64,000 bases of DNA from Eledone cirrhosa. Taxonomy: Eukaryota. The stretch spans positions 357,864,001 through 357,928,000 of the forward strand of contig OZ024740.1 of the NCBI GenBank assembly GCA_964016885.1, read 5' to 3'. The notes beneath the pieces are model-generated. The model did not search any database. It had not been told where the DNA came from and saw only the letters and a list, made by a program, of their open reading frames with translations. The position numbers and the translations under genes are program-made. Each line of letters starts with the position of its first letter. The stretch's first letter is position 1. Shown here piece after piece: positions 1-12,269 of the stretch.

Positions 1-2016
1 ATTACTAAATGAGGAGAATGCATGGGAAGAAGAGACCCTACCCCAAGTAGACCCTATAGAGGGGCCAGCAGTACAAGTCAGCAGCAGCGTAGTAAGTAAG
101 GCAATCAAAGATATGAAGATGGAGAAGACAACCGGTCCATTGGGTATAGCTGCCGAGATGCTGAAGGCATCTGGGTCTGTAGGTCACACTATAACCACAC
201 GTATTGTTAACCAGGTAATACTAGAAGGTGTCATACCAAAAGATTGGTGCAGTAGCATCATTGTCAACTGCTACAAAGGTAAAGGTGATGCACTCGACAG
301 AGGAAACTATAGAGGTATAAAGCTGATGGACCAGGTCATGAAAGTAACAGAAAGAGTTATAGCACAGTTGATTAGGGACCGGGTGAAACTAGATGAGATG
401 CAATTTGGGTTTGTACCAGGAAGAGGCACCACTGATGCCCTCTTCCTTGTGAGGCAGTTACAGGAAAAGTACCTAGCTAAAAGTAAGCCACTCTACCTGG
501 CATTCGTCGATCTCGAAAAAGCCTTTGACAGAGTTCCACGTGCTGTAATCTGGTGGGCTCTTAGAAAACTAGGAGTAGATGAATGGCTTGTGAAAGCTGT
601 ACAAGCCATGTATAGGGGAGCAGTCAGCAAAGTTAGGATTAGCAATGAGTATAGCGAGGAATTTAGCGTACAGGTTGGGGTCCAGCCCTCTCCTGTTCAT
701 CATAGTCCTGCAGGCAATAACGGAGGAGTTTAAGACTGGATGCCCATGGGAACTCCTGTATGCTGATGACCTCGCACGTATAGCTGAATCTATGGTAGAA
801 CTAGAGAAGAAATTCCAAACTTGGAAGCAGGGACTAGAAAGAAAGGGTCTCAAAGTCAACATGACAAAGACTAAGGTCCTTGTAAGTAGACGAGAAAACA
901 GAACCCAGATCCCCTCAGGGAAATGGCCTTGCTCAGTATGTAGGAAAGGTGTAGGTAGGAACTCCATTCTCTGCCCCAAATGCAAACAATGGGTACACAA
1001 GAGATATAGCGGGACCTCAGGAAGCTTAATTAAGAATGTAGGCTTCACATGCAGCAGCTGTACTGGGACAGCAAGCAGCAAACAGCCACAGGAAACAAGT
1101 ACCACCAATCTCTGGGAAGGCTCTGTAGAGACAGTAGACAGCTTCTGCTACCTAGGTGACCGAATTAGCAGCGGAGGTGGGTGTTCAGAAAGTACAATAA
1201 CTAGGGTAAGAACGGGATGGAAGAAGTTCAGGGAACTACTACCACTGCTAGCTGCAAAAGGCTTCTCCCTCAAAATGAAAGGCAGACTGTATGATGCGTG
1301 TATCCGAACAGCAATGTTACATGGTAGTGAGACCTGGGTGCTGAACGTGGAAGACTTAGATTAGAGAGAAACGAAGCCTGCATGCTCCGATGGATGTGTA
1401 ATAGTAATATACGTGAACGACTAAGCATAAATGAATTGAGAGAGAGACTGAGCATAAGAGGAATCAAATGCTGTGTGCAGGAGAGGTGGTTGCATTGGTA
1501 TGGACATGTGATGCGTATCAAGGATGACAGCTGCATAAAAAGGTGCAGAGCACTAGAAGTCGATGGAAACCGCGGAGTGGGGAGACCCAAGATGACCTGG
1601 GATGAGGTGATAAAAGCCGACCTTACCGAATTACACCTCTCAAAGGCGATGACACATGACCGTGACCTCTGGCATCACGCAGTAATACAGAGTACCCGAC
1701 CTCCCATGGGTACAAGCTGAAGCATATAGACAATATGCCCCCACACCCTCCCACTGCAAGGTGGTCGTGGAGGTGCCACGGCAAAAAGCACCCAGCCCAC
1801 ACTGTAAAGTGGACGTGTAGGCGCCACGAAAAAGCACCCAGCACTCACTGTAAATGAGGTTGGTGTTAGGAAGGGCATCCAGCTGTAGAAATCAAGCCAA
1901 ATCAGTTCCTGTATGAGCAAGGCATGGTCAGCCGACCAGACACTGCCTACAACAGGACAACCCGTCTAACCCATGCTAGCGTGGAAGAACGGACATAAAA
2001 CGGTGACGATGATGAT
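1..2016 (+). mobile_element. RTE-clade non-LTR retrotransposon, PHD-bearing subfamily A, 3' half (frameshifted)
   Basis: RT motifs NYRGIKL, QFGF, FVDLEKAFD, YADD. Cys-rich finger at 930-1061, RTE C-terminal LHWYGHV..GRPK..W, ~300 bp 3'UTR, (GAT)n tail. Confidence 0.93.
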
Positions 2017-2500
2017 TGGGTGTATTTTTTCATGGAACCACCACTAGCATTACCACTTTACAAAGTGTACTGGGTGTATTTTTTTCATGGCACTAGTTCC
2101 AACACTTTACAGAGTGTACAGAGTACATTTTATTATGGCACCAACACTGGAGATACTGCCACAGTTCGTTCAGACTGAAGAATCTTAAACCCTATATTGT
2201 TTCCATTCAATTACCAATACTGTAACATCCAGTCTTTAATAATATAAAACAATAAAAACCACCAAGTTATGCTAGAGGTAAGATTTCCTCTCTTTTTCAA
2301 ACAAAATATGTAATTTGACATCTAAAACACAGTATGGAAGAGAAAAACAAAAAAATGCTTTATGATCAGCCTCAATTACAGATGCAACTACTTCAAAAAC
2401 GATTGGTGCAGTATAAAATACCATAGATAAACCTAATTTATTAATGCAACATTAGGATGTACATCCATAGTTTTAGATATAAATGAAAGTTGTTGAATCA

Positions 2501-2719
<219 letters not shown>

Positions 2720-3431
2720 TCATCCTCATCATATGTTTGCTTTTCCAAGCTGTAATACATTGGAGTTGGGGTCAAGATCCGAGTCAGCTCTTATTTAGAG
2801 TTACTGCCTTCTTAGATGAGTCCAAGACCACATCTCTCTCATACACCACATTTTTGGCATGGTTTCTACAGCTAGATGCCTTTTCTAATTCTAACCACTT
2901 TACAGAGTGTACTAGGTGCATTTTATCATGACACAAGCATAAGAGTAGTTGTCTTGTTCCTGGCATGACTAAAACATTCTCTCTACTCTGCAATCACCAT
3001 ATTACAGAGTGTATTGGGTGAATGAAAATGAGTTATTACCCTGTCAATATATTACACAGATTATAGTGTAATATATAAAATACCATGTAAAAACAAGATG
3101 AACATATGTGTAAATGAGGTAGCATTTCACGATTAGTCAACTAGCTGCAAAACCATTCTGCTTTTACATCATCATCATCATCATCATTTTACATCTGCTT
3201 TTCCCTGCTTGCAAGGGTGGGACGGGTCTTATTCAGCACTGCATCTCTCCACTTGTCACAAATATTTTATGACAATATGCTTTAACAGCTGAGTGTTGCA
3301 ACCAATAACAAGTTAACCCATAACATCCTGTAATGATTTAGGAAAAAAATATCTAAAAATGGGTTTGTTAATTGAAATGCTTATAGCATCTTTACTAGTG
3401 GACAGATGGTTGTTAAAATTTGAAGCATTAA

Positions 3432-3651
3432 ACCTTTAGCATTTAAACTGGCTATATCCAACCACAATTCTCTCACCTCTTTCTGTTCAAACTGGTTGTA
3501 ACCAGTCACTCATACTCATGTTAAGGTATTCTTCACAAAATAAATAATATCAAAATCTCATAGATTTGATATTATGTGAGATAATTATATGAGGAATCCC
3601 TTTACCATGAAAATGTAATTGTAAATATAGAGCAATGTAAATGCTAAAGGG
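3432..3651. mobile_element. piggyBac-type MITE (~220 bp), copy 1
   Basis: TTAA on both sides, TIR (c)cctttagcattta/taaatgctaaaggg. Five copies in the window. Confidence 0.85.
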
Positions 3652-3939
3652 TTAAAGACTTAAATTTTTAATGTGATGCAGCCACAGTATTATGTTGTAC
3701 TTTACAAGAATGTTTTGCTAATGCAGTTTCTTGTGGTAAACTTCTTTTTTTTCCCAAGCTAGATCTTGTGACATCTTAATTTTTCTAAAAAAAATCGATC
3801 GATATCTCTATAAATAATTTATTTCAATGCAGTATCTTTCCTAACATCACAGCAGTAAATCTTATATTAAGATGGTTTGTTTTCCTTCATTATATGGATA
3901 GATTCCATCAACATTATTAGTGTTTTAGTCAGCTGCAAA

Positions 3940-5045
3940 ATTTACCTCACCTTTTACGATGCCTATTCACAAAATTTCAGCAAATTTCAATAATATTAAG
4001 ACACTCTAATGGGGGTTAACCCCCCCCCCCCTCCCCCGCCCTGCCTGTTTGTTTGTTCACGAACTCCTATGGTTTTGGAGATTGACCCCCATAACCATAT
4101 ATATTCTGAAACTAAATTGCCCAGGGTACTTGGATAAGTATATTTCATTTTAATTAAAGGGTTCCCCGGGAGCACAACCTCCCCCTGAACATTTTTTCCC
4201 TTTGATTTATATGTAATTTAAAACATAGGTAAATGACAAGATATGGTGCCTATTCATAAAATTTCAGCAAATTTCAATAATATTTAGACACCCTAATGGG
4301 GGTTAAACTCCCTATAGTGAAAATTTGGGCCAATAAATGGAACAAGATGTGTTGTAACAAGATTGCATGAGAACTTGATTGAAGCAACCATTATATTTGG
4401 GGCTTACAAAGGTCAAGCTCTTCTCATTCTGAGGATTCCACTTATACCAAGTGATAGCGAGTTGCCTTTTACATTTAAGAGGCTACAGTTTCCAGTGAGG
4501 CCATGCTTTGCCATGAGCATCAATAAAAGTCAAGGTCAAACTTTCAAAACTATTGGTATAGATCTGACAAATCCATGTTTCAGTCATGGCATGTTTTATG
4601 TGGCTGTTTCAAGGACTGGAACTTCAAAAAAATCTCTACATTTTAGCCAATCAAAGAAAGACAAGAAATATTGTTTACCCTGAAGTTCTTCGTTAGGACA
4701 AAGTATGAAATATATTTTCATGTATTTATTATGTTAAAAAATAAATAATTAAACTTTGAATTTCTAATTTGAAAATAATGTTTTACACAAAAATGAAATC
4801 AAGTTTTGAATTGATATTTTGAAAAAAATTATTTACAAGAAACAAAATAAGGATAAGACTTAATAATGTAACTTTGATTTGATATATTACAAAAAATGTT
4901 TTCCAATTTTTCATGCATTACATTTAGTAATATTGAAATGCAGACTTTTTCTCCATAAATTATATCACTGATTTAAAATCAATCATCATTTTCTTACAAA
5001 AAAAAAAAAAATGTGTGAAATGCAAGGTGCAGGTAATTCGGCTAG
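3940..5045 (+). mobile_element. Helitron relic with PIF1-like helicase C-terminus (about 4340-4683)
   Basis: RLQFPVRPCFAMSINKSQGQT..FSHGMFYVAVSR. Ends tgcaaggtgca..gCTAG|t. 5' boundary approximate. Confidence 0.8.
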
Positions 5046-5050
5046 TATAT

Positions 5051-5534
5051 ATCATCATCATCACCGTTTTATGTCCGTTCTTCCACACTAGCATGGGTTA
5101 GACGGGTTATCCTGTTGTGAACAGTGTCCGGTCGGCTGACCTTGTCTTGCTCATACAGTGAGTCCTGGGTGCTTTTTTGCCATGGCACCTCAACGACCAC
5201 TTTGCAGTGGAATGATATGGACCCCAGTCCCTATCATCTCATTTCTACAGCTGAATAAACTGGAGCAATGTGAAATAAAGTGTCTTGCTCAAGGAAACAA
5301 CACATCACCCGGTCTGAGAATTGAACTCACAAGCTCTTCTCATTCTGAGGATTCCACTTATACTAAGTGATAGCGAGTTGCCTTTTACATTTAAGAGGCT
5401 ACAGTTTCCAGTGAGGCCATGCTTTGCCATGAGCATCAATAAAAGTCAAGGTCAAACTTTCAAAACTATTGGTATAGATCTGACAAATCCATGTTTCAGT
5501 CAAGGGCAATGCTCTAACCACTAAGCCATGTGCC
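5051..5534 (-). mobile_element. tRNA-derived CORE-SINE with subfamily-A LINE tail, interrupted by a Helitron-helicase insert
   Basis: A box tggcttagtgg, B box gagttcaattc, CORE-like ccttgagcaagacactt..cagctgtagaaatg, (GAT)n tail. Confidence 0.8.
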
Positions 5535-5545
5535 CCCCCCCCTCT

Positions 5546-5576
<31 letters not shown>

Positions 5577-5580
<4 letters not shown>

Positions 5581-5688
5581 CAGTCCTATGCGAGCAAGAC
5601 AATCACTCTTGCCTCAAGTGGGACTACCCCCGTCCAAACCCATGCAAGCGTGGAACACGGACGTTAAACATTGATGATGATGATGATA
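5577..5688 (+). mobile_element. Short 3'-terminal RTE (subfamily B) insertion inside (TA)n
   Basis: Matches the 3' end of 11408-12240. Ends in (GAT)n, with TA repeats on both sides. Confidence 0.8.
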
Positions 5689-5836
5689 TATATATATATA
5701 GTTGTTATATAGTAAGGTGCATTATTGGTTGTGTAAAATGGTCCACTTTATGTTAGCAATATTAAGTTCTCCACGCTTTTGTATATCTCCAATTCCATTC
5801 AAGGGAACAGCTAGATGATGTAAAACGGAGTATAAG

Positions 5837-6131
5837 TATCAAAATGAAAATCCGAAGGCCAGGTAAAATTCCAATCATTTAATCATAACACATGTTTCAA
5901 TAAGAGATAGAGCGATTGTGAAGCCATGATCGATTATCACTGATCTCATCAGGTGAAAATGAATTGTCTTCAAATTCTTTATATGAGGGAGAAAAAATAA
6001 CGATGTTCTCTCACAGAATTCATTCCCTCAGTGATAATCGATCATGGCTTCACAATCGATCTATCTCTTATTGAAACATGTGTCGTGATTAAATGATTGG
6101 AATTTTACCTTGCCTTCGGATTTTCATTTTG

Positions 6132-6134
<3 letters not shown>
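5837..6134. repeat. Foldback element with ~107-bp inverted arms carrying hammerhead-ribozyme-like sequence (Penelope/retrozyme-like)
   Basis: 5837-5943 is the reverse complement of 6028-6134 with few mismatches. Confidence 0.8.
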
Positions 6135-6164
<30 letters not shown>

Positions 6165-6206
6165 ATATATATATATATATATCATCATCATCACCATATA
6201 ACATCA

Positions 6207-6365
<159 letters not shown>

Positions 6366-6389
6366 CTAAAAACAATAAATATATACAAA

Positions 6390-6960
6390 ATTCCAGGATT
6401 GTTCCATAGAAGAGGTTGGTAGCTTCTGCTACCTAGGTAATCTAATTAGTAGTAGGAGAGGTTGCTCTTAGAGCATAGTAACAAGAATTAGAATAGGATG
6501 GAAAAAGTTCAGGGAGCTACTACCTCTGTTGACAAAAAAAGATTTCTCTACCAAATGAATGGCTAGCTGTATGGTGTGCTGTGTGATGTTATATTGTAGT
6601 GAAACATGGAGAGTGAATGCAAAGGATATGGAAAGGTTAGAAAGAAATGGATGTACAATGTTAATGTATATGAATGATGAAGCATGGATGAACTGAGAGA
6701 AACACTGGGTATAAGAGGAATCATATGTAGTGTATAAGAGAGAAGACTGTGCTGGTATGGACATGTGATGGCTCTGGATGATAACTGGTGAATGAAGAAG
6801 TGACAAAAAAATATATATATATATATATGTAAAACCCAGTGGAAAGAAACCACAGTAGAGGAAGACCAAGTAAAACTTGGGTAGAAGTGGTGAGAGTTGA
6901 CTCTAATTGCTGACACTCACAAAGGAAATGATGAAGAAATACAATGGATGGAGGGATGCT
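6390..6960 (+). mobile_element. Degraded RTE LINE 3' fragment
   Basis: Remnants of SFCYLG..RIGWKKFRELLPLL..WYGHV..GRP.KTW. Confidence 0.75.
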
Positions 6961-7482
6961 GTTTGGATACTTTATAGTGTGTACTAGGAGCATTTCCTCG
7001 TGCAACTAGACTCTCACATTACTGAGTGTATCTGCTGTCTTTCATCATGGTGCCAATACTACCACTTTACAGGACTGGCTGTGTTTTATTGTAGAACCAA
7101 CACTACCCCATTACAACATTAGGGTATTCATTGTTTCTTTGGCTATACTGGAAAAAGCAACAATAGTAATAAGGTGGGGTAAAGTGAGGGGAGAAGGCTA
7201 CATGTTACTTGCCAAGGAAGTGGGGTGGCATCCCACAATGAGAGAGCACGTGTCAGTTTGTAGAAGTGGCCTTGAAGATAGAGAGAGATACCTGGTATTA
7301 TATTGACAACATATTTTAAGATGTTAACATGTTTTAATATGTCAGTACTTGATACCTTTCAAGAGAGGATTTTTCAATATATAAATCTACATTACAATCA
7401 TTTTGATCTTTAATTATCATCATCAGATGTCCACATTATAGTGGACTGGATTTAATCTAGGAATCTTTATTTCAAAGGTTAA

Positions 7483-7703
7483 CTCTTTAGCATTTAAATT
7501 GGCTTTATCTGGCCAGAATTCTCTCACCTCTTTCTGTTCAAACTTGTCATAACTGGCTTCTCATACTTATGTTAAGGTATTGTTCTCAAAATAAATAATA
7601 TCAAAATCTCATAGATTCAATATTATATGAGATAGTTATGTGAGGTAAAGCTTTTACCATGAAAATATAATTGTAAATATAGAATAATGTAAATGCTAAA
7701 GGG
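7483..7703. mobile_element. piggyBac-type MITE, copy 2
   Basis: TTAA flanks, same TIR and body as 3432-3651. Confidence 0.85.
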
Positions 7704-8586
7704 TTAATGTTCTGACCCATTTGACACATGATGATGATCAAGCCAATTGAAATGTAGTGCAGATTTAAATATTGCATATAAGTTTTTCATCTCTAAAGAC
7801 AAGCTTAATAATCTGAAAAATTATCATCTTACAAATATCTGAAATGACTTTTTATCAGTGATAGGAAGAGCATTCAGCCACAGAAAACTTGCCAAATAAA
7901 AGGTCGAGACATAACCTCCCTAGTGTTGGTGCCACAAAAATACAAATGGGGCCCTCTATAGAGAAAGTATGGGAACATATATTTGCAAAATGTGGCCCCT
8001 AGCCCATCTGAGAGGTCAGTAACACTGATTAAGTACTGGCTTGATCTGTGACAACCTGTCTGATCCTTACATCATGATGATGAACTCATCAAAGGCCAAA
8101 CGTCTTATAAACACATATTTTGATTTTTATACTAAGATATTTTAACCATATTATTTTATTAATTGAGACCTCAGAATAAGAAATTTGCTAATGATAACAT
8201 AAAAATATTAAATGATTATTTAAGAATACAGTCTTAAGTAAGTTATATACTGTATGTTGTTTTAGAAGCTAATGTGGCATAATTTTTTTAAAAAGATAAT
8301 TGTGATATTTTTGAAAAGAGATTTTTTTAAATTAATAAATAAATATGTGAAAAAATAGAAGTATATGGCACAAAGTAGTTGAGCACCAGAGAATAAGTTT
8401 TGATTGTTTCATTTCAAATTCAAATCCCATTGGGGTTGATATCTCTACAGTTAGTAAAATAATTATCAGTATTATGCTCAGATTTATTTAATCAATAGTA
8501 CACATCTCCAACAATAATTAACCTAGTGACTAATCAAGAGGTAGTAGCAACCCTCAATGCTAATGAACACCAATATCTAATCCTTA

Positions 8587-8856
<270 letters not shown>

Positions 8857-9250
8857 TTAAATAAAAACAAAACATATATATATACACACACACACATATA
8901 TAATAATTTTTTTAATACCTACATTATATGCTTTCATTATACCATTCTACTTATATTACATATAGTGCCTGTACTCTATTGTAATTGATATTTTTGCTAG
9001 AATATTTTGCTATAATTAATAACCATGGCAATTTATGAATTTATATATTAATGCTTCTCATATCCATATCTATAACCTATACCTCCAATTACTTATATTA
9101 TAGCTTTATTATAATTTTTATATCTGTTCAATTTTTATACTCTTGCTCTATAATATATTGATGTTAATACTTATACTTATTCTTCTCACCTATAATGTAT
9201 TCTGCTAAATGTTCAAGTGAATAGGATTATATTTGTTTTAACTTTTATAT

Positions 9251-9295
9251 GCTCTGATGATTCCAGACTTATGTCTGGATGAAAGGATTGTAAGC
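9251..9295 (+). ncRNA. Type I hammerhead ribozyme motif (degenerate stem III)
   Basis: gct CTGATGA tTCCAGAC-ttat-GTCTGGAt GAAA ggattg TA agc, followed by attaaa. Confidence 0.6.
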
Positions 9296-9360
9296 TATTA
9301 AATATTTTAAACATCATTTGATTATAACTTATGTTATATACATATATATATATACATATA

Positions 9361-10462
9361 TGGAGTTTAATGAGGAATTCCAGATACAAGTAGAAGTAAA
9401 TCAGGGTTCAGTCCTCAGCCCGCTCTTGTTCATTATAGTCCTCTAAGCCATAACAGAGGAGTTTAAGACTGGCTGCCCATGGGAACTTCTCTATGCTGAT
9501 GATCTGGTACTTATAGCAGAATCTGTAGAGGAGCTAGAGAAAAATTCTAGCTATGGAAACAGCAGTTGGAATCAAGAGGACAGAGTGAACCTAGCTAAGA
9601 CTAAAGTGTTGAGAAGTAGAAAAGAGGCCAAAACTCTGATTCCATCAGGGAAATGGCCATGTTCGATATGTAGAAAAAGAGTTGGCATAAATTCTATAAA
9701 ATGTGCACAAAGCAGATCTTGGGTACACAAGAGATGTAGTGGGATAGCAGGCAAACTAATAGGTAGGGAGAAATACGTATGCAGTAGATGTACAGGGAAA
9801 TTTGACAGTAGAAATCGCATTGATAGACACGTTTTTCAAATGCAGGTGGCTTCTATAGAAGTGGTTGATAGCCTCCGGTACCTAGGTGATCAGATTAGCA
9901 TGGGAGGGGGGTGTTCCGCGGCCATAGTATTTAAAATAAGGACGAGTTGGAAGAAGTTTAGGGAGTTGCTTCCTCTGCTGACGAAGAAGGGTTTCTCCTT
10001 GTGTATGAAAGGCTGGTTATATGACGCGTGTGTAAGGTGCGCGATGCTGCATGGTAGTGTGACATGGGCAGCAACTACAGAGGATATGCGAGAGAAATGA
10101 GGCAAGCATGCTCTATTGGATGTACAATGTCAATGTGCATGAATGACCGAGCATGGATGTGTTGAGAGAGAAACTGTGTTTGAGAGAGATAAATTGTAGT
10201 GTGTGGGAGAGGAGAATTCGATGGTATGTGCATGGAGGATGACCGATGGGTGAAGAAGTGCCAAGAAATGCCAGTTGAAGGAAGACGTAGTAGAGGAAGA
10301 CCACGAAAAACATGGGCAGAGGTGATGAGAGCAGACCTCAGATCACTGAAGCTCACAGTGGAGATGACAAAGAACCGTGACAAGTGGAGAGATGCTGTGC
10401 TGAATAGGACCTGTCCCACCCTTTCAAGCAAGGAAAAGCGGACGTATGATGATGATGATGAT
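9361..10462 (+). mobile_element. RTE LINE, PHD-bearing subfamily C, 5'-truncated
   Basis: QGSVLSPLLF, YADD, CSIC..HKRC..CSRC. Very short 3' end then (GAT)n. TA repeats on both sides. Confidence 0.9.
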
Positions 10463-10670
10463 ATACATACATATATATATAAGAATTAAAATACTAGAGT
10501 GTGTTGGAGTTAAACACCCTCGTCGTATTATAGAAATGACAGTATAAGATATAGCTCAATGTAAGCAAACTTTTCCTTGATATCTTTCCTAAGCTTTAAT
10601 AGATGTAAACTCCCTATTCTTCTGAGTTTTTGGCTTGTATTGGCCGTTAGTGCTTCTTGTAGCTTTACGT

Positions 10671-10711
10671 GCCTTGATGAGTCCTTATTAATAGGACGAA
10701 ACATTGTCGGC
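10671..10711 (+). ncRNA. Type I hammerhead ribozyme motif (C3U variant)
   Basis: gcc tTGATGA GTCCT-tattaat-AGGAC GAAA C-att-G TC ggc, with AATAAA at 10713-10718. Confidence 0.7.
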
Positions 10712-10757
10712 TAATAAAGACTTTTGATGTATTGAAGGCTTCTTTGTTTATTTTTTA

Positions 10758-10788
<31 letters not shown>

Positions 10789-10945
10789 CTAGGGCAGGTA
10801 AAATTCCCGAGATCCATGGACGAGTTGTCTCCAGCAGTCTCTGTCCCTCATTATTGCTGCCATGTCCTGCATCTCCAAGAGACAGTGTCTGTCCTTAGGG
10901 CATCAATATATGTTAACCTCGGTCTTCCTCTTCCAGTTTGTCCAA
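10789..10945 (-). mobile_element. 3' end fragment of the 57593-60897 RTE family
   Basis: GRGRPRLTYIDALRTD..ggatctcgggaattttacc..tag, directly followed by (TA)n. Confidence 0.85.
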
Positions 10946-11189
10946 ATCTCCACACCCTATCAATTTGGCCAGCTGTGATTTTGTATTGAAATAAGACATC
11001 GCTTGCAATAGTATAATGGTTATATTGTATATATAACATGGTTGATGTTAGGAAGGGCATCCAGCCATAGAAACGAAGCAAAAATATGAGCAAGATGTTG
11101 TCTCTGGATCTGACTTGTCTCACAACATGCAACCATCTAACCCATACAAGTGTGGAAAATGTATTTGTGTTATTTCTGTGTTTACCTTT

Positions 11190-11220
<31 letters not shown>

Positions 11221-11380
11221 CATGGAGGTGCCACGGCAAAAACGCACCCAGCACTCACTGTAAATGAGGTTGGTGTTAGGAAGGGCATCCAGCTGTAAAC
11301 ATCAAGTCAGAATCAGTTCCCGTCCCACCCTTGCAAGCAGGGAAAAGCGGGCGTAAAATGAAATAATGATGATGATGATA
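11221..11380 (+). mobile_element. SINE 3' portion, a near-identical inverted copy of 12270-12430
   Basis: aggaagggcatccagctg motif, (GAT)n tail, TA flanks. Confidence 0.8.
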
Positions 11381-11407
11381 TATATGTGTATATATATATA
11401 TATATAT

Positions 11408-12240
11408 ATCATCATCATCATCAACGTTTAACGTCCGTGTTCCACGCTTGCATGGGTTTGGACGGGGGTAGTCCCACTTGAGGCAAGAGTGATTGTCCCG
11501 CTCGCATAGGACTGTCTGGCAGGTTTTCTACAGTTGGATGCCCTTCCTAACACCAACCACATTTACAGTGTGGGTCTGGGAGGTTTTTACCGTGTTGCCT
11601 ACACGGCCACATTACAGCGTGGACTGTGTGTTTTTTTGTCGTGACACCTACACGATCTCATTTGTTTCGGCCTGGATGGCGCGGCACCAACATAACTTTA
11701 CATAGGACGGGGTGGTGTGGATGGGGTGGGGGTGGTGGTGGTGGGACGGGGTGTATTTTGTTAGAGATGCCTACTGGCTGGAGTAGGTTTTACTATATAT
11801 TTAGGTAAGGCGGGTCTTCTCTGTTACTGAGTACCGCCAAAGGTCTCGGTCCAGTGACATTGTCTTGGAGAGGTGTAAGTGTGTGAGGTCGGAGTTTATC
11901 AGCTCGTCCCAGGTTTTTCTAGGTCTGCCTATTCCGTGGCTACCGTCTATCTTTATTGCCCTGCACTTTGTTATACAGCTATCGACTTTCATGCGCATCA
12001 CGTGTCCATACCAACGTAGCCTTCTCTCGAGTAAACAGCATCTGATCCCTCTTATCTCTAATTTTTTTCTTAGTTCGTTTATGCTTTGCCGTTCACGTAT
12101 ATTACTGTTACACATCCAGCGGAGCATGCAAGCTTCGTTCCTCTCTAGTCTGCGTATATCCTCTGCACACAATGCCCATGTCTCACTGCCATGCAACATT
12201 GCTGTTCGTATGCAGGCATCGTACAACCTGCCTTTCATTT
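11408..12240 (-). mobile_element. RTE LINE subfamily B, 5'-truncated
   Basis: ORF 11801..12238 (LRWYGHV, GRPRKTW), 3'UTR, (GAT)n tail, TA on both sides. Confidence 0.9.
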
Positions 12241-12269
12241 TTATATATATATATATATATACACATATA

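Noticed and set aside
569-1108. Antisense ORFs over LINE RT regions (also 43406-43744, 59910-60535)
   Set aside because: Shadow frames of the retrotransposon coding strand with no recognisable motifs.
4363-4683. Host PIF1 helicase gene
   Set aside because: An intronless C-terminal fragment followed by a Helitron-type CTAG end; a transposon relic.
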